The translations under genes and the position numbers were made by a program. Shown piece after piece: positions 31,967 to 33,672 of a stretch of DNA of 33,672 nucleotides (within the stretch, counting starts at the first letter, position 1; every line of letters begins with the position of its first letter). The notes below the pieces were generated by a model. The model was not told the origin of the DNA, did not search any database, and saw only the letters and a program-made list of their open reading frames with translations. Origin of the DNA: Octopus bimaculoides (taxonomy: Eukaryota); assembly GCF_001194135.2 (NCBI RefSeq), contig NC_069006.1, positions 13,334,828-13,368,499 on the forward strand, read 5' to 3'.

Positions 31967-33672
31967 TCATCATCATCATCATCATCGTTTAACGTCCGCT
32001 TTCCATGCTAGCATGGGTTGGACGATTTGATTGAGGACTGGTGAAACCGGATGGCAACACCAGGCTCCAATCTAATTTGGCAGAGTTTCTACAGCTGGAT
32101 GCCCTTCCTAACGCCAACCACTCAGAGAGTGTAGTGGGTGCTTTTACGTGCCACCCACACGAAAATGGCCACGCTCGAAATGGTGNNNNNNNNNNNNNNN
32201 NNNNNNNNNNNNNNNNNNNNNNNNNNNNNNNNNNNNNNNNNNNNNNNNNNNNNNNNNNNNNNNNNNNNNNNNNNNNNNNNNNNNNNNNNNNNNNNNNNNN
32301 NNNNNNNNNNNNNNNNNNNNNNNNNNNNNNNNNNNNNNNNNNNNNNNNNNNNNNNNNNNNNNNNNNNNNNNNNNNNNNNNNNNNNNNNNNNNNNNNNNNN
32401 NNNNNNNNNNNNNNNNNNNNNNNNNNNNNNNNNNNNNNNNNNNNNNNNNNNNNNNNNNNNNNNNNNNNNNNNNNNNNNNNNNNNNNNNNNNNNNNNNNNN
32501 NNNNNNNNNNNNNNNNNNNNNNNNNNNNNNNNNNNNNNNNNNNNNNNNNNNNNNNNNNNNNNNNNNNNNNNNNNNNNNNNNNNNNNNNNNNNNNNNNNNN
32601 NNNNNNNNNNNNNNNNNNNNNNNNNNNNNNNNNNNNNNNNNNNNNNNNNNNNNNNNNNNNNNNNNNNNNNNNNNNNNNNNNNNNNNNNNNNNNNNNNNNN
32701 NNNNNNNNNNNNNNNNNNNNNNNNNNNNNNNNNNNNNNNNNNNNNNNNNNNNNNNNNNNNNNNNNNNNNNNNNNNNNNNNNNNNNNNNNNNNNNNNNNNN
32801 NNNNNNNNNNNNNNNNNNNNNNNNNNNNNNNNNNNNNNNNNNNNNNNNNNNNNNNNNNNNNNNNNNNNNNNNNNNNNNNNNNNNNNNNNNNNNNNNNNNN
32901 NNNNNNNNNNNNNNNNNNNNNNNNNNNNNNNNNNNNNNNNNNNNNNNNNNNNNNNNNNNNNNNNNNNNNNNNNNNNNNNNNNNNNNNNNNNNNNNNNNNN
33001 NNNNNNNNNNNNNNNNNNNNNNNNNNNNNNNNNNNNNNNNNNNNNNNNNNNNNNNNNNNNNNNNNNNNNNNNNNNNNNNNNNNNNNNNNNNNNNNNNNNN
33101 NNNNNNNNNNNNNNNNNNNNNNNNNNNNNNNNNNNNNNNNNNNNNNNNNNTTGTGTTTTATCTACCTTCATACTTATTAGGATTTTGGTTTTTGCTAGGT
33201 TGACTCTAAGGCCCTTCAATTCTAGTCCTTGCTTCCACACCTGAAACTTCTCCTCTAGTTCTGATAGTGACTCCGCAATTAGTGCAAGGTAATCAGCATA
33301 GAGGAGCTCCCAGGGGTAACCTGTCTTGAATTCCTCTGTGTTCGCCTGGAGGACTATGATAAATAGGAGGGGGCTGAGGACGGAACCTTGGTGGACCCCT
33401 ACCTCTACCCGGAATTCATTACTGTACTCACTTCCAACCCTCATCTTACTGGCAGCATCTCTGTACATGGCTCGCACAGCTCTCACTAACCATTCTTCTA
33501 TCCCAAGTTTCCTCATTGACCACCAGATAAGGGATCGGGGGACCCTGTCAAAGGCTTTCTCCATGTCAACGAAGGCCAGGTACAGAGGTTTATTCTTGGC
33601 TAGGTATTTCTCCTGCAGCTGTCTCACTAGAAATATGGCATCAGTGGTGCTTTTACCTGGCACGAACCCAAA
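31967..33672 (-). mobile_element. RTE-clade LINE, continuing beyond the window: RT domain, N gap, 3' UTR and (GAT)n tail
   Basis: RT visible at 33151-33663, tail at 31967-32185, with an N gap at 32186-33150. That they form one element is inferred from orientation and spacing. Confidence 0.9.
33151..33663 (-). pseudogene. RTE-type reverse transcriptase fragment with YADD changed to YADY
   Basis: FMPGKSTTDAIF, AFVDMEKAFDRVPR, GVHQGSVLSPLLF, WELLYADY, GLRVNLAKTK. TATGCTGATTAC at 33300-33289. Confidence 0.92.

Noticed and set aside
32041-33244. Plus-strand ORFs of 351-379 aa
   Set aside because: Almost entirely N, and antisense to the RTE element.
1-33672. tRNA genes suggested by A/B-box motifs
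   Set aside because: All lie in SINE heads and none forms a complete cloverleaf. No rRNA or snRNA sequence was recognised.

Overview
Eukaryotic, very repeat-rich, AT-rich genomic DNA from a gapped draft assembly (many N runs next to microsatellites). The repeat families suggest an octopod cephalopod such as Octopus (inference): tRNA-derived SINEs with a CORE-like CCTTGGGCAAGTG domain, RTE-type (GAT)n tails, and dense (AT)n/(CA)n/(TATG)n tracts. I cannot identify any host protein-coding gene with confidence. The only clearly recognisable protein sequences are retrotransposon remnants: an RTE reverse transcriptase at the right edge, an RTE ORF2 C-terminus at ~21.5-22.1 kb and a CR1/L2-type ORF2 fragment at ~8.9 kb. 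Nearly all other long ORFs are microsatellite or N-gap artefacts. Two CpG-retaining domains (~5.0-8.2 kb and ~15.0-20.6 kb) look like unmethylated promoter regions. They contain TATA/CCAAT/CRE/ETS-like motifs and well-formed candidate 5' exons. The best novelty candidate is an unclassified ~200-bp (AAC)n-tailed repeat that occurs in head-to-tail tandems. Its reconstructed 5' end folds with the helix order of an HDV/CPEB3-type ribozyme, and a copy of it also appears to have seeded a 19-bp minisatellite. All coordinates and alignments were read by eye, and repeat boundaries are approximate.
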